From NCBI GenBank assembly GCA_964653595.1, contig CAZZHH010000001.1, positions 40,813-104,812 on the forward strand: a stretch of DNA of 64,000 bases, read 5' to 3'. The position numbers and the translations under genes were made by a program. This document shows positions 1 to 9,785 of this stretch, in pieces (positions within the stretch are counted from its first letter, which is position 1; every line of letters begins with the position of its first letter). The notes beneath the pieces were generated by a model that was not told the origin of the DNA, ran no database searches, and saw only the letters and a program-made list of their open reading frames with translations. Source of the stretch: an uncultured Lentimicrobiaceae bacterium. Lineage in GTDB: Bacteria > Bacteroidota > Bacteroidia > Bacteroidales > WCHB1-69.

Positions 1-483
1 AACACATTCAAATTGAGATCAAAACCCATTTTCAGGAAAGGGGAACCAGCCGAAAAATATGAAGATGACAATACCTTATCTGACTCTTTGGATATCCTTT
101 ATGCCAACAATTGGATTTGGCCAGCTTCAAAAGCCATAAAAGATAGCACACAAGTAGACAGTTTGTGGTCGCTTCCAAAAGAGAATCAAATAGAAAAAGA
201 AAAATCAAAAAATATAAATTCTGAAAAACACCTTAAAAATTCTCCAAATTTTATTGGACCAAAAGAAGACACACTTTTTCAAACCACAACTCAAAATCAC
301 ATTTCACCAAAAGAATCAGCAAAGAATTCAAGCACCAAAATCCACATTGTAGAAGCTAAAGAGACCTATTATTCTATTTCAAAAAAATACAAAATCACGG
401 TTGACAAACTTCTCCAACAAAACCATTTAACCAAAGACAGTATCTTAAGTATTGGGCAAAAACTAATAATTCCAAACAAATAA
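1..483 (+). CDS. LysM domain-containing protein, C-terminal part (5' end outside window)
   Basis: The frame is open from base 1; the track's M at 13 is a TTG codon. The C-terminal ~45 aa (IHIVEAKETYYSISKKYKITVDKLLQQNHLTKDSILSIGQKLIIP) fit the LysM peptidoglycan-binding motif. Confidence 0.6.
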   Translation, partial: NTFKLRSKPIFRKGEPAEKYEDDNTLSDSLDILYANNWIWPASKAIKDSTQVDSLWSLPKENQIEKEKSKNINSEKHLKNSPNFIGPKEDTLFQTTTQNHISPKESAKNSSTKIHIVEAKETYYSISKKYKITVDKLLQQNHLTKDSILSIGQKLIIPNK

Positions 484-489
484 ACGATT

Positions 490-1134
490 ATGTGTGGCAG
501 GTTTACACTTAGCATAGATGAATTTGACTTTGCCGATCGATTTAGTCGCGATAAAAGTTATCATTACAAACCAATATATAATGTTCTACCCACCCAAGAG
601 ATGCCCATCCTGGTATCAAACCCAGAGACTATTACCCCTGCAAAATGGGGCTTACCATCGAATTTCAAAAACAAGATTCACATCAATGCAAGAGCGGAGA
701 CCATCCAATCTTTATCAAGTTTTAAATCATTGATACACAGCCACCGCTGCATTATTCCAGCAGATAGTTTTATAGAATGGGATAAATCACCATTGCACCA
801 ACCTCATAGAATCATGCTCACAAGCCACCATGCATTTTGTTTTGCGGGAGTTTACAATGAATTAAAGATCAACGACGAATCACACTGCTATTTTTCAATT
901 ATCACCACAGAATCGAATAGTCAATTAAAATGGTTGCACCACCGAATGCCACTCATATTGAATGAAGAACAGGAGAAAGAATGGCTAACACAAAGCAATG
1001 CTTGGCAAAAGATTCTAGACTTAAAATCGACTGTTTCTCTCGATATTTTTCCTATAAATGCCAGAATAACAAATTCAAAGGCCAATAGAGCCGAATTATT
1101 GTTGCCAATTCAAAAACCATTAACATTGTTTTAA
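490..1134 (+). CDS. SOS response-associated peptidase (SRAP/YedK family)
   Basis: N-terminus MCGRF with the family's catalytic Cys2. NARAETI, CIIPADSFIEW and HHRMPLIL segments occur in the usual order. Length is 214 aa. Confidence 0.85.
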   Translation: MCGRFTLSIDEFDFADRFSRDKSYHYKPIYNVLPTQEMPILVSNPETITPAKWGLPSNFKNKIHINARAETIQSLSSFKSLIHSHRCIIPADSFIEWDKSPLHQPHRIMLTSHHAFCFAGVYNELKINDESHCYFSIITTESNSQLKWLHHRMPLILNEEQEKEWLTQSNAWQKILDLKSTVSLDIFPINARITNSKANRAELLLPIQKPLTLF

Positions 1135-1260
1135 TAATATACACCTATCTTTCATCTCTTTTCACCCACTAAAAGGAGATATTCATCGAAGAAAGGCATC
1201 CTTATTGCAATGATTTGAAAAAAAATTCGTTAATTTGTAGAAAATTAATATCTAAAGTGT

Positions 1261-2931
1261 ATGGAAATTTCGCTAACAACTCTGCTCATCTATTTTATTA
1301 TTACAAAAATTGCTGTTGTCATAAGTCTTTGGAAAATATTTGAAAAAGCAGGAAAAACAAATTGGCATAGTTTAATTCCCTTTTACAATATATGGGTATG
1401 GATTAAGATTTTAGAGAAACCAATTTCTTGGTTTTTAATGTTTTTAATACCTTTTTTTGGATATTTCATCTATTTGATTTTGATTTGGGAGACTATTCGT
1501 GCTTTCAAAAAATCGGGATACAGTCGTCTTTTAGGAGGAACCATCTTTGCGTACATATATCTTCCCGCACTAGCTTTCTCAAAACAGGAACAAATAGTTG
1601 CGCTCTCTTCGTTGCCAAAAGTAAAAAAAACAAAAACCCAAGAGTGGGTAGATGCCATATTATTTGCCGTAGTGGCAGCATATATTATCCGCACTTTTCT
1701 TATTGAATTTTATGTAATTCCAACCTCCTCCATGGAAAGTACACTGATGGTAGGTGACTATTTAGCAGTTAGCAAGGTAAGCTATGGGCCTAAACTTCCT
1801 CAAACTCCAATTGCATTTCCATTTGCACATCATACGTTGCCCATGACTCAATTTACACCTTCCTATCTAGAATGGATAAAGTTTCCATATTTTAGGTTTG
1901 CTGGACTTGAAAAAGTAGAAAACAACGACGTAGTAGTTTTCAACTATCCCGATGGCGACACCGTTGCTCTCGAAATGCAAAACATGAGTTACTATCAACT
2001 TGTGAGAGAATATGACAAAATAAAAGAACAAGAGACCGGATTGAAAAACTTGGGTTGGGATTATGTTCAAAGAAACTATAAAGTGAAAGCCAGACCTGTT
2101 GACAAAAGAGAAAACTACATCAAAAGATGTGTAGCAATACCGGGAGACAAACTACAGATCAAAGACGGTCAGTTATTTATTAATGACAAACAAGCTATCA
2201 ATCCTGAGCGCATTCAATTTCAATACATTATTTACACCAACGGCATCGGAATTGATAAAAAAACCCGACAAAAATTGAATCTAAACGAAGAGGACATCAT
2301 TAATCCAGCAAATTTGATTAGACCAAATATGCAAGGCGTCACTCCATTAGAACAGCTTACAGAAGCACTTGGAAGCTCAGTTGACATCAACACCATCAAA
2401 GCGCTCAGCGACTCAATTGCAAACAATTCAGTCAATTACATATACACCTTAACTGCTGAAACATCGAAAAAAATTCGTGCTTTAGCAAATACCTTGGAAG
2501 TAATTAAAATGGTGGTTCCTGATTCTGTATATGAAGATCGAATTTTTCCACAAAATCAAAATTACAGATGGAATAGAGATAACTATGGCCCTATTGTGAT
2601 GCCTAAAGCTGGTGTTACTGTAAAAATTGACACAACCACGCTTCCTTTATATCAAAGAATTATCGAAGTATACGAAGGAAATAAACTTAAAGTGGAAGGA
2701 AATACAATTTACATCAACGACAAACCTGCAACTTCATACACTTTTAAAATGGGCTACTATTGGATGATGGGCGATAATAGACACAACTCTGCCGACAGCA
2801 GATATTGGGGATTTGTTCCGGAAGACCACATTGTAGGTAAAGCAGTTTTTGTATGGCTTTCGTTAGATAAATATAAAAATTGGACGGAAGGAAAAATTAG
2901 ATGGAGTAGAATGTTTAGAGGAGTTAAATAA
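1261..2931 (+). CDS. lepB: Signal peptidase I (S26) with an N-terminal DUF5684-like membrane module
   Basis: Catalytic-Ser box SSMESTLMVGDYL and box E GDNRHNSADSRYWGFVPEDHIVGKA. The first ~110 aa are polytopic (WKIFEKAGKTNWHSLIPFYNIW...). Confidence 0.85.
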   Translation: MEISLTTLLIYFIITKIAVVISLWKIFEKAGKTNWHSLIPFYNIWVWIKILEKPISWFLMFLIPFFGYFIYLILIWETIRAFKKSGYSRLLGGTIFAYIYLPALAFSKQEQIVALSSLPKVKKTKTQEWVDAILFAVVAAYIIRTFLIEFYVIPTSSMESTLMVGDYLAVSKVSYGPKLPQTPIAFPFAHHTLPMTQFTPSYLEWIKFPYFRFAGLEKVENNDVVVFNYPDGDTVALEMQNMSYYQLVREYDKIKEQETGLKNLGWDYVQRNYKVKARPVDKRENYIKRCVAIPGDKLQIKDGQLFINDKQAINPERIQFQYIIYTNGIGIDKKTRQKLNLNEEDIINPANLIRPNMQGVTPLEQLTEALGSSVDINTIKALSDSIANNSVNYIYTLTAETSKKIRALANTLEVIKMVVPDSVYEDRIFPQNQNYRWNRDNYGPIVMPKAGVTVKIDTTTLPLYQRIIEVYEGNKLKVEGNTIYINDKPATSYTFKMGYYWMMGDNRHNSADSRYWGFVPEDHIVGKAVFVWLSLDKYKNWTEGKIRWSRMFRGVK

Positions 2932-2956
2932 TGAGTGATGAGTGATGAGTGATGAG
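2931..2956. repeat. Heptamer tandem repeat (ATGAGTG, about 3.7 copies) starting at the last base of the lepB stop codon
   Basis: Read directly: atgagtg atgagtg atgagtg atgag. Confidence 0.9.
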
Positions 2957-3017
2957 ATTGTAAATAGAAATTAATATTAAATAAACAGAAATAATAATAA
3001 AAATCAAAAGCAATAAA

Positions 3018-3731
3018 ATGAAAAGAACATTAAAAGTATTCTTATTAGTTGCAATTATAGCAACATCTGCCACCATTGCAAATGCGCAAAAAGCAAAAAA
3101 ACCGTTTACAGGAACAATTACATTTGCTTTATCTTACGAAGGAATTGAACCAACTCAGCTTGCTCTAATGCCAACTTCTACCACTATGTTGATAAGCGAA
3201 AACAAGCAAAAGACAACTGTAGATATGGGTCAGTATGCATATGTTAGCATAGCCGATGGAGACAATGAATCGTATATGTTTTGGATTGACGTGATGGGAC
3301 AAAAAATTGGTTATTCTCAAAACAAAGAAGCCATTGCAAAAGAAAAAGCAGAAGATTCTTCTCCAAAGCCAGTGGTAACAAAGTCAGACGAAACTAAAGA
3401 AATTGCAGGAATAAAATGTAAAAAAGTTACGGTAGTAGTTACCGACGAAGAGACTGGCGATGTTACTACATCCACAATTTGGTATACAGAAGAGCTTGGC
3501 ACTAACGAAAAGTTGAATTTTATGAGTAGCGACCAAGGTATCACTGGTATCATTTTAGGCACCGAAACCGTAAGTGGCAAAACCACAAATAAATCTTTTG
3601 CTACTGTTATCAAAAAAGAAAAAATTAAAAGTACCGAATTCTTAATTCCTGCAGATGCAGAGATGTCGACAACCAAAGAAGAATTTAGTGAAAAAATAAA
3701 AGCAAAATTCGGTGGTGGCGGCGACGAATAG
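3018..3731 (+). CDS. Hypothetical secreted protein
   Basis: N-terminal signal peptide (MKRTLKVFLLVAIIATSATIANAQ). Coherent 237-aa ORF with a terminator hairpin downstream. No recognisable catalytic motif. Confidence 0.6.
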   Translation: MKRTLKVFLLVAIIATSATIANAQKAKKPFTGTITFALSYEGIEPTQLALMPTSTTMLISENKQKTTVDMGQYAYVSIADGDNESYMFWIDVMGQKIGYSQNKEAIAKEKAEDSSPKPVVTKSDETKEIAGIKCKKVTVVVTDEETGDVTTSTIWYTEELGTNEKLNFMSSDQGITGIILGTETVSGKTTNKSFATVIKKEKIKSTEFLIPADAEMSTTKEEFSEKIKAKFGGGGDE

Positions 3732-3751
3732 TTGATTGTCATTTATTCTAT

Positions 3752-3790
3752 AAAAAAGAGAATTTGCAAAATGCATCTTCTCTTTTTTTT
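3752..3790 (+). terminator. Rho-independent terminator-like hairpin
   Basis: aaaagagaa ... ttctctttt stem followed by a T-run, just after the stop at 3731. Confidence 0.5.
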
Positions 3791-3902
3791 ATCCTAATTT
3801 TTCTTAGTAAATAAAATCATAAAATAATAACAGCAAAGGGTTATAAACAATATTCTGTTCATTTTGAACCATTATTTCACAAAAAGCTATCCTAATTCGG
3901 GT

Positions 3903-3910
3903 TATTTTTG
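3903..3910 (+). promoter_or_regulatory. Bacteroidetes -7 box (TAnnTTTG) for ftsK
   Basis: tatttttg lies 38 nt upstream of the ATG at 3948 and inside the TTG-initiated extension of the ORF track. This favours 3948 as the true start. Confidence 0.4.
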
Positions 3911-3947
3911 CATATTGGTAAATTTTAATTACTGGAATCTAACGATA

Positions 3948-6635
3948 ATGGCACAAAAAAACACTATTAAAAATAAATCAAGGAACAAGGACGACGCAGA
4001 CAATGATTTAAAAATCAGTAGCTCAAAAAAAAGAAGCAATTCTAATAGCAAGTTCCAGCAGATCTCCGAATTTTTGTCAAACGACAAAGTACATCAAGTA
4101 TTTGGTGCATTTTTAATTGCATATTCTCTCTTTTCACTTACGTCCTGTATCTCCTATTTATACTATTGGAAATACGATGATAATTTGATTAACAATTCGG
4201 TTCGTGATATTATTTTCAGTAATGAGTTGGTGGTTAAAAATTGGATGTCGAAACTAGGTGCTTTAAACGCCCATCTATTTATAAAAAAATGGTTTGGAGT
4301 TGCATCTTTGATTTTTCCATTTATCTTTTTCATTTACGGCGTAAAATTGTTATTCAACATTCATTTGTTACCCATAGCACGTACTTCCAGAATTTTAACC
4401 ATTGCCATTTTGTGGATATCCTTTGTCCTTGGTTTTAGCTTATCCAATACGCCATGGGCGATTTTTGGTGGTGCTTTTGGCAACCAATTAAGTTTCTGGC
4501 TGGTTGGATTAATGGGAAAAATTGGTACTATCATCACAATCCTATTGATTTTTGTTTCCATATTAATTATTGAATTTAACGTATCCTTTCGAAACCTGAA
4601 ATTAAAACGCATCAAACAAAGAGAGAGACAAGAAAATGACTCTAGCCTAAATGCAAATGAAGAGTCTGAAGAAGAGGAAGAAGAATCCACTCCTAATTCT
4701 ACCTCTTTTTTAAACCAAATTTTCAGAAAAAACAATTACAACCATACTCCTAAACCTGATACGTTTTCGGACGAAGAAGTAGAAGAAGAAGCATTAAACT
4801 TTGAGATTAAACGCGTGGAGAAACCTTCCGATGAGAAACATAATGACACCTTTGAAATCACAAACAAGATGATGGAGGTGGACAACACTAAAAATCAACC
4901 TGAATCGAATGCTACAGAAAACAACTTTGACAACTCCGAAGAGCAAGAGTATGATTTTAATTCGATCACACTTACCACAACATCATCCAAATCTTCCGTA
5001 GATGGAACAAATAATCAAGAGCAAACCATCATCCAAAATGGGCTCGAAATCATAGTTCCTAAAGAAGAAATTGCTGCAGATGGAGAGCAAATTGAACAAT
5101 TAAACCATTATACCATCGACACCCCATTCGATCCCAGACTGGATCTTTCTAACTACAAATTTCCCTCCATCGATTTATTAGATGAGTACGAACAATCGGC
5201 TGGAAGTATGGTTCGTGAAAGTGAACTTCATGCAAATAAAGATAGGATTTTAGATACCTTAAAAAACTATAGTATTGGGATCGATAAAATTTCGGCTACC
5301 ATTGGACCAACCGTAACTTTATATGAAATAGTGCCTGCCCCTGGTGTTAGAATTTCGAAAATCAAAAACCTTGAAGACGATATTGCTCTGAGCTTATCTG
5401 CCTTAGGTATTCGTATCATTGCTCCGATTCCTGGAAGAGGCACCATTGGAATTGAAGTTCCAAATTCAAACCCTGAAGTAGTGCCCATGAAGTCGATATT
5501 GTCTTCCGAAAAGTTTGTAAGCAACAAATTTGACTTACCAATAGGATTAGGTAAAACTATTTCTAACGAGAGTTTTGTATACGATTTGGCAAAAATGCCT
5601 CACCTTTTGATGGCTGGTGCAACAGGACAAGGGAAATCGGTTGGTTTGAATGCAATCGTCTCTTCGCTGTTATACAAAAAACACCCAGCCGAATTAAAAC
5701 TTGTAATGGTAGATCCAAAAAAAGTAGAGCTTACTTTATTTTCTAAAATTGAACGGCATTATTTGGCCAAACTTCCAGATGCGGAAGAGGCCATTATTAC
5801 CGATACAAAAAAAGTTGTCCGCACCTTGAACTCCCTTTGCATCGAGATGGATACTCGTTACGATTTATTAAAGGATGCTCAATGTAGGAATATAAAAGAA
5901 TATAATGCAAAATTTATTGCACGAAAACTAAATCCAAACGATGGACACCATTACTTGCCATATATTGTGCTTATTGTAGATGAGTTTGCCGACCTAATTA
6001 TGACTGCCGGAAAAGAGGTTGAAACCCCCATTGCTCGTTTGGCACAATTGGCACGTGCAATTGGAATCCATTTGATTATTGCAACTCAACGACCATCAGT
6101 TAATATCATCACTGGAACTATCAAAGCAAATTTTCCAGCACGAATTGCGTTTAGAGTAAGTTCAAAAATCGACTCTAGAACCATTTTAGATAGCAGTGGT
6201 GCTGAACAGTTAATCGGTAGAGGTGATATGTTGTTATCCACCGGAAACGATTTAATCCGACTTCAATGTGCATTTATCGACACGCCTGAAGTTGAAAAAG
6301 TGACCGATTTCATTGGATCACAACGTGGGTATATGGATGCTTATCATCTACCCGAAGTTCCTGACGACGATGGAGAAGAATCTTCTAAAACTTTTGATCC
6401 CAACGACAGAGACCCTATGTTTATAGAAGCTGCTCGACTAATAGTTCAGAGTCAACATGGGTCTACCTCTCTCATTCAACGAAAACTAAAATTAGGATAT
6501 AACCGAGCTGGGAGAATCATCGACCAATTGGAAGGAGCTGGTATAGTGGGTCCATTTGAAGGAAGTAAAGCACGGGAAGTAAGATTTAAAGATGAATTTT
6601 CATTGGAGCAGTTTTTAAAAGACAACAACATGTAA
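3948..6635 (+). CDS. ftsK: DNA translocase FtsK/SpoIIIE
   Basis: N-terminal TM segments and an acidic linker. Walker A GATGQGKSVGLN, Walker B LIVDEFADL, and a C-terminal gamma winged helix (STSLIQRKLKLGYNRAGRIIDQLE). Start moved to the first ATG (MAQKNT). Confidence 0.9.
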   Translation: MAQKNTIKNKSRNKDDADNDLKISSSKKRSNSNSKFQQISEFLSNDKVHQVFGAFLIAYSLFSLTSCISYLYYWKYDDNLINNSVRDIIFSNELVVKNWMSKLGALNAHLFIKKWFGVASLIFPFIFFIYGVKLLFNIHLLPIARTSRILTIAILWISFVLGFSLSNTPWAIFGGAFGNQLSFWLVGLMGKIGTIITILLIFVSILIIEFNVSFRNLKLKRIKQRERQENDSSLNANEESEEEEEESTPNSTSFLNQIFRKNNYNHTPKPDTFSDEEVEEEALNFEIKRVEKPSDEKHNDTFEITNKMMEVDNTKNQPESNATENNFDNSEEQEYDFNSITLTTTSSKSSVDGTNNQEQTIIQNGLEIIVPKEEIAADGEQIEQLNHYTIDTPFDPRLDLSNYKFPSIDLLDEYEQSAGSMVRESELHANKDRILDTLKNYSIGIDKISATIGPTVTLYEIVPAPGVRISKIKNLEDDIALSLSALGIRIIAPIPGRGTIGIEVPNSNPEVVPMKSILSSEKFVSNKFDLPIGLGKTISNESFVYDLAKMPHLLMAGATGQGKSVGLNAIVSSLLYKKHPAELKLVMVDPKKVELTLFSKIERHYLAKLPDAEEAIITDTKKVVRTLNSLCIEMDTRYDLLKDAQCRNIKEYNAKFIARKLNPNDGHHYLPYIVLIVDEFADLIMTAGKEVETPIARLAQLARAIGIHLIIATQRPSVNIITGTIKANFPARIAFRVSSKIDSRTILDSSGAEQLIGRGDMLLSTGNDLIRLQCAFIDTPEVEKVTDFIGSQRGYMDAYHLPEVPDDDGEESSKTFDPNDRDPMFIEAARLIVQSQHGSTSLIQRKLKLGYNRAGRIIDQLEGAGIVGPFEGSKAREVRFKDEFSLEQFLKDNNM

Positions 6636-6731
6636 TTTTTTGGTATTAAAATTGCTTTTTTATCTACTTTTGTCAATAATTATGTAATAATCTGCGTTTG
6701 GTTTATTAAATCAAATAAATACAATTCGAAA

Positions 6732-7385
6732 ATGAAAATATTCCCTCAAATAGTAAAGTCAACCTCTATTTTAATCTCTATCTTGTGTGTTAACATGATC
6801 GTAAACGCTCAAATTGGAGACAATTCTGGTGCTATTGTAAAATCTGTTGCCAATAAAACAAAATCCTATTCCACCATTAAAATAGGTTTTACGTTTAAAA
6901 TGGAAAAAAACGGAAAAACAAAAAATGAAAATGGGTCAGTGTGGGTAAAAGGAGATAAATTTCTATTCAACTTCAACAAGCAAACCATCATGAGCAATGG
7001 TGTTACTCAATGGGCCTATTTGCAAGAAGCAAATGAAGTAACCATCACGAATGCAAATTCGGATCAAGAGACCATCAATCCGGCTTTTATTCTGAACGAT
7101 TACGACAAAAAATACAAAACCAAACTCATAAAAGAGGTAAATGAAAGAGGCAAATACCTACAAATTATCGATTTATATCCCATTAAAGCTTCGTCTTTAG
7201 CAAGTATTCGCATCACCATTCAGAAAAACAATCTACAAATTACAAAGATGATGGTTGTTGAAAAAGGAGGAGATATCTATGAATATATTGTAAATACTTT
7301 TGTTGTAAACCAACCGATAAACAATGCTGTTTTTGAATTTAATCCTCAAAAATACCCAAAAGTAGACATAAACGATATGAGATAA
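6732..7385 (+). CDS. LolA-like outer-membrane lipoprotein carrier family protein
   Basis: Signal peptide, ~215 aa, and position directly downstream of ftsK, which is a common Bacteroidetes arrangement. The family call is by size, synteny and general sequence character only. Confidence 0.55.
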   Translation: MKIFPQIVKSTSILISILCVNMIVNAQIGDNSGAIVKSVANKTKSYSTIKIGFTFKMEKNGKTKNENGSVWVKGDKFLFNFNKQTIMSNGVTQWAYLQEANEVTITNANSDQETINPAFILNDYDKKYKTKLIKEVNERGKYLQIIDLYPIKASSLASIRITIQKNNLQITKMMVVEKGGDIYEYIVNTFVVNQPINNAVFEFNPQKYPKVDINDMR

Positions 7386-7420
7386 CATCTCACTCTTTAT
7401 ACACTTTAACACAAAAATAG

Positions 7421-9784
7421 ATGAATACAAACGATAAAAATCTGAGTTTTTGCCTTCGAAAATCTCTGCAAGCAATTTCTCTGATACTCTTTTGTATTAT
7501 CATAGCCACAAGTTGCAATCCTGCACGAAGATTGCCTGACAACACCTATTTGTTAAACAAGAACAAATATAAAATACACGACAAAGAGGATGTAAACATG
7601 TATGACATTCAGTATATTAGCAGACATGTTCCAAATAAGCGAATTTTAGATATATTTCGGTTCAACCTTCGCACATACGTCCTTTTTGACACAAAAAAAG
7701 AGTATAGACTCAACAATTGGATAAAAAAACACATTGGTGAGCCACCTGTAATTTTAGACACCAATGAAGTTAATTACACTGTAAATCAGATAAAATTGTA
7801 TTTGGCAAATTATGGATACTTCAATGCTACTGTAAATAAAGAGATTATTATAAAACGTAAAAGAGCAAATGTTTACTATCATATAATAGCAAATAAGCCA
7901 TATTTAATTAACAATATCAGTTACGATATCGAGGATGAAAATATTGTAAAAATGTTACAAGAAGATTCCGTAAATTCACTCTTAAAAATTGGCAATCAAT
8001 ACAATAGCAAAATCTTAACACAAGAACGAGACAGAATTTCGGACCTATTGAATAATAAGGGATATTTCCGATTTTCTAAAGAGTTTATTACATTTACAAT
8101 CGACACCAATCTGCAATCTAATAAACTGAATATCACTACCACGATCCAAGATCCAATCGATCAAAATAAGAGTACTGCCGACTCTCTAGTCATTACAAAA
8201 CACTCGAAATATTTTATCAGAAACATTATTATAAATACGAATTTTAATCCAATCACACAAGGGGAAATTTACCAAGATACGCTATATGATCTTTCTAATG
8301 ATTCAGAATTTGGAAAAATCATGTATGTCCACAATCAAAATTTGAATTATCGCCCAAGAACTATGACAAAATATCTATCGTTTAAACCAGGCGATTTCTA
8401 CCAATTATCCAATGTAAATCGAACCTATAACAGACTCAGCGAACTAAAAAACTTTAGCTATATCAATATCTCATTTTTCGAAGTAAACGACACACTCCAC
8501 CGATCTGATTCGATGAAAATTATAGACTGCAAAATACAATTAAAACCTACCGATAAATACAGCTTCACCTCCGAAGTAAAGGGAACCAATACAGGAGGAA
8601 ACTTGGGCGTTGGTATAGAGCTAAGTACATTTAGTAGAAACATTTTTAAAGGAGGTGAAAATTTACTTTACCGTTTGGGAGCATCTTACGAAGCTCAATC
8701 CCTGTTTATCGACTCTAAAGACAACCTACTGACCTTTAACACCATAGAACTAAGTGGAAATATTAAACTAGACGTTCCTCGCTTTTATTTTCCAATAAAA
8801 AACGAACGGTTATTAAAAGTTTTTCGCCCTAGAACCATCTTTAATTTAGGAGGAAATTATCAGCAGAGACCCGACTATAACAGAGTTATTAGCTTGGCAA
8901 ACTTTGGATATGAGTGGAATTTAAAAACCACAAATAGATTCCAAATATACCTGATTGATTTTAATATTGTAAAAATCAACCCAACCGATCGATTTGCAGA
9001 ATCCCTAAAAAGATACAATAGAATCATCAGAGAACAGTATACCGACCACTTAATTGCAGCTTTCAGAATAAATTACATTTACGATAATCAAGGAACCAAA
9101 AAGGGCAAAAATTCCATTTATTTTAGATTTGGCTTTGAGTCGGTGGGAAACACCTTAAACCTGATCATGAAAGCGATAGATGAACCCAAAAATAGTAGTG
9201 GACAGTACACTATCCGAGATATTCCTTATGCCAACTATCTATTAAACGATTTTGATTTTAGATATTATCATCAATACAATCGAAAAACAAGTTTGGTATT
9301 TCGAAGTGCTTTTGGCATTGGAATCCCCTTTACCAACTCCTATTCCCTACCCTTTGAAAAAAGCTTTTACATGGGTGGTCCGAATAGCATGAGAGGGTGG
9401 AAAATGAGATCTTTGGGTCCTGGAAGCTTTTTAGGAGAGCAAAATCTAGAATTTATTGGGGATGTTAAGATTGAAAATAACATTGAATTTAGATTTCCTA
9501 TTTGGGATTATTTTAGGGGAGCAATATTTACCGATGTTGGAAATATATGGCTAGTAAGGCCCAATGCTACCCTGCCAAATGGAGAGTTTAATATCTCAAA
9601 ATTTTACAAAGAGTTTGCGCTCGATGCTGGCTTTGGACTTCGTTTGGACTTTGATTATTTCCTCATTCGATTTGATGCTGCTCTCCCCATTATTGACCCA
9701 TCGACTATCGATAGACCTGAATTAAAAAAGCCGATTTCGATAAAAAACACAATTTTAAATTTTGGAATTGGATACCCATTTTAA
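7421..9784 (+). CDS. Omp85/BamA-TamA family outer-membrane protein (surface antigen D15 barrel)
   Basis: 787 aa with an N-terminal lipoprotein-like signal. C-terminal beta-barrel with aromatic-rich alternating strands (GFGLRLDFDYFLIRFDAALPI ... NFGIGYPF terminal Phe). Confidence 0.7.
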   Translation: MNTNDKNLSFCLRKSLQAISLILFCIIIATSCNPARRLPDNTYLLNKNKYKIHDKEDVNMYDIQYISRHVPNKRILDIFRFNLRTYVLFDTKKEYRLNNWIKKHIGEPPVILDTNEVNYTVNQIKLYLANYGYFNATVNKEIIIKRKRANVYYHIIANKPYLINNISYDIEDENIVKMLQEDSVNSLLKIGNQYNSKILTQERDRISDLLNNKGYFRFSKEFITFTIDTNLQSNKLNITTTIQDPIDQNKSTADSLVITKHSKYFIRNIIINTNFNPITQGEIYQDTLYDLSNDSEFGKIMYVHNQNLNYRPRTMTKYLSFKPGDFYQLSNVNRTYNRLSELKNFSYINISFFEVNDTLHRSDSMKIIDCKIQLKPTDKYSFTSEVKGTNTGGNLGVGIELSTFSRNIFKGGENLLYRLGASYEAQSLFIDSKDNLLTFNTIELSGNIKLDVPRFYFPIKNERLLKVFRPRTIFNLGGNYQQRPDYNRVISLANFGYEWNLKTTNRFQIYLIDFNIVKINPTDRFAESLKRYNRIIREQYTDHLIAAFRINYIYDNQGTKKGKNSIYFRFGFESVGNTLNLIMKAIDEPKNSSGQYTIRDIPYANYLLNDFDFRYYHQYNRKTSLVFRSAFGIGIPFTNSYSLPFEKSFYMGGPNSMRGWKMRSLGPGSFLGEQNLEFIGDVKIENNIEFRFPIWDYFRGAIFTDVGNIWLVRPNATLPNGEFNISKFYKEFALDAGFGLRLDFDYFLIRFDAALPIIDPSTIDRPELKKPISIKNTILNFGIGYPF

Positions 9785-9785
9785 C

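Noticed and set aside
3317-3742. 141-aa ORF antisense to the 3018-3731 gene
   Set aside because: It is a shadow ORF with low-complexity Ser/Val/Phe composition. The plus-strand gene has a signal peptide and a terminator.
3864-3947. TTG-initiated N-terminal extension of ftsK; similar TTG extensions occur at 9762, 11478, 23988 and 34113, plus an upstream-Met extension at 34996
   Set aside because: Each has a downstream ATG with better context: a -7 box inside the extension, an SD motif, or an abutting upstream stop. The extensions lack conserved sequence.
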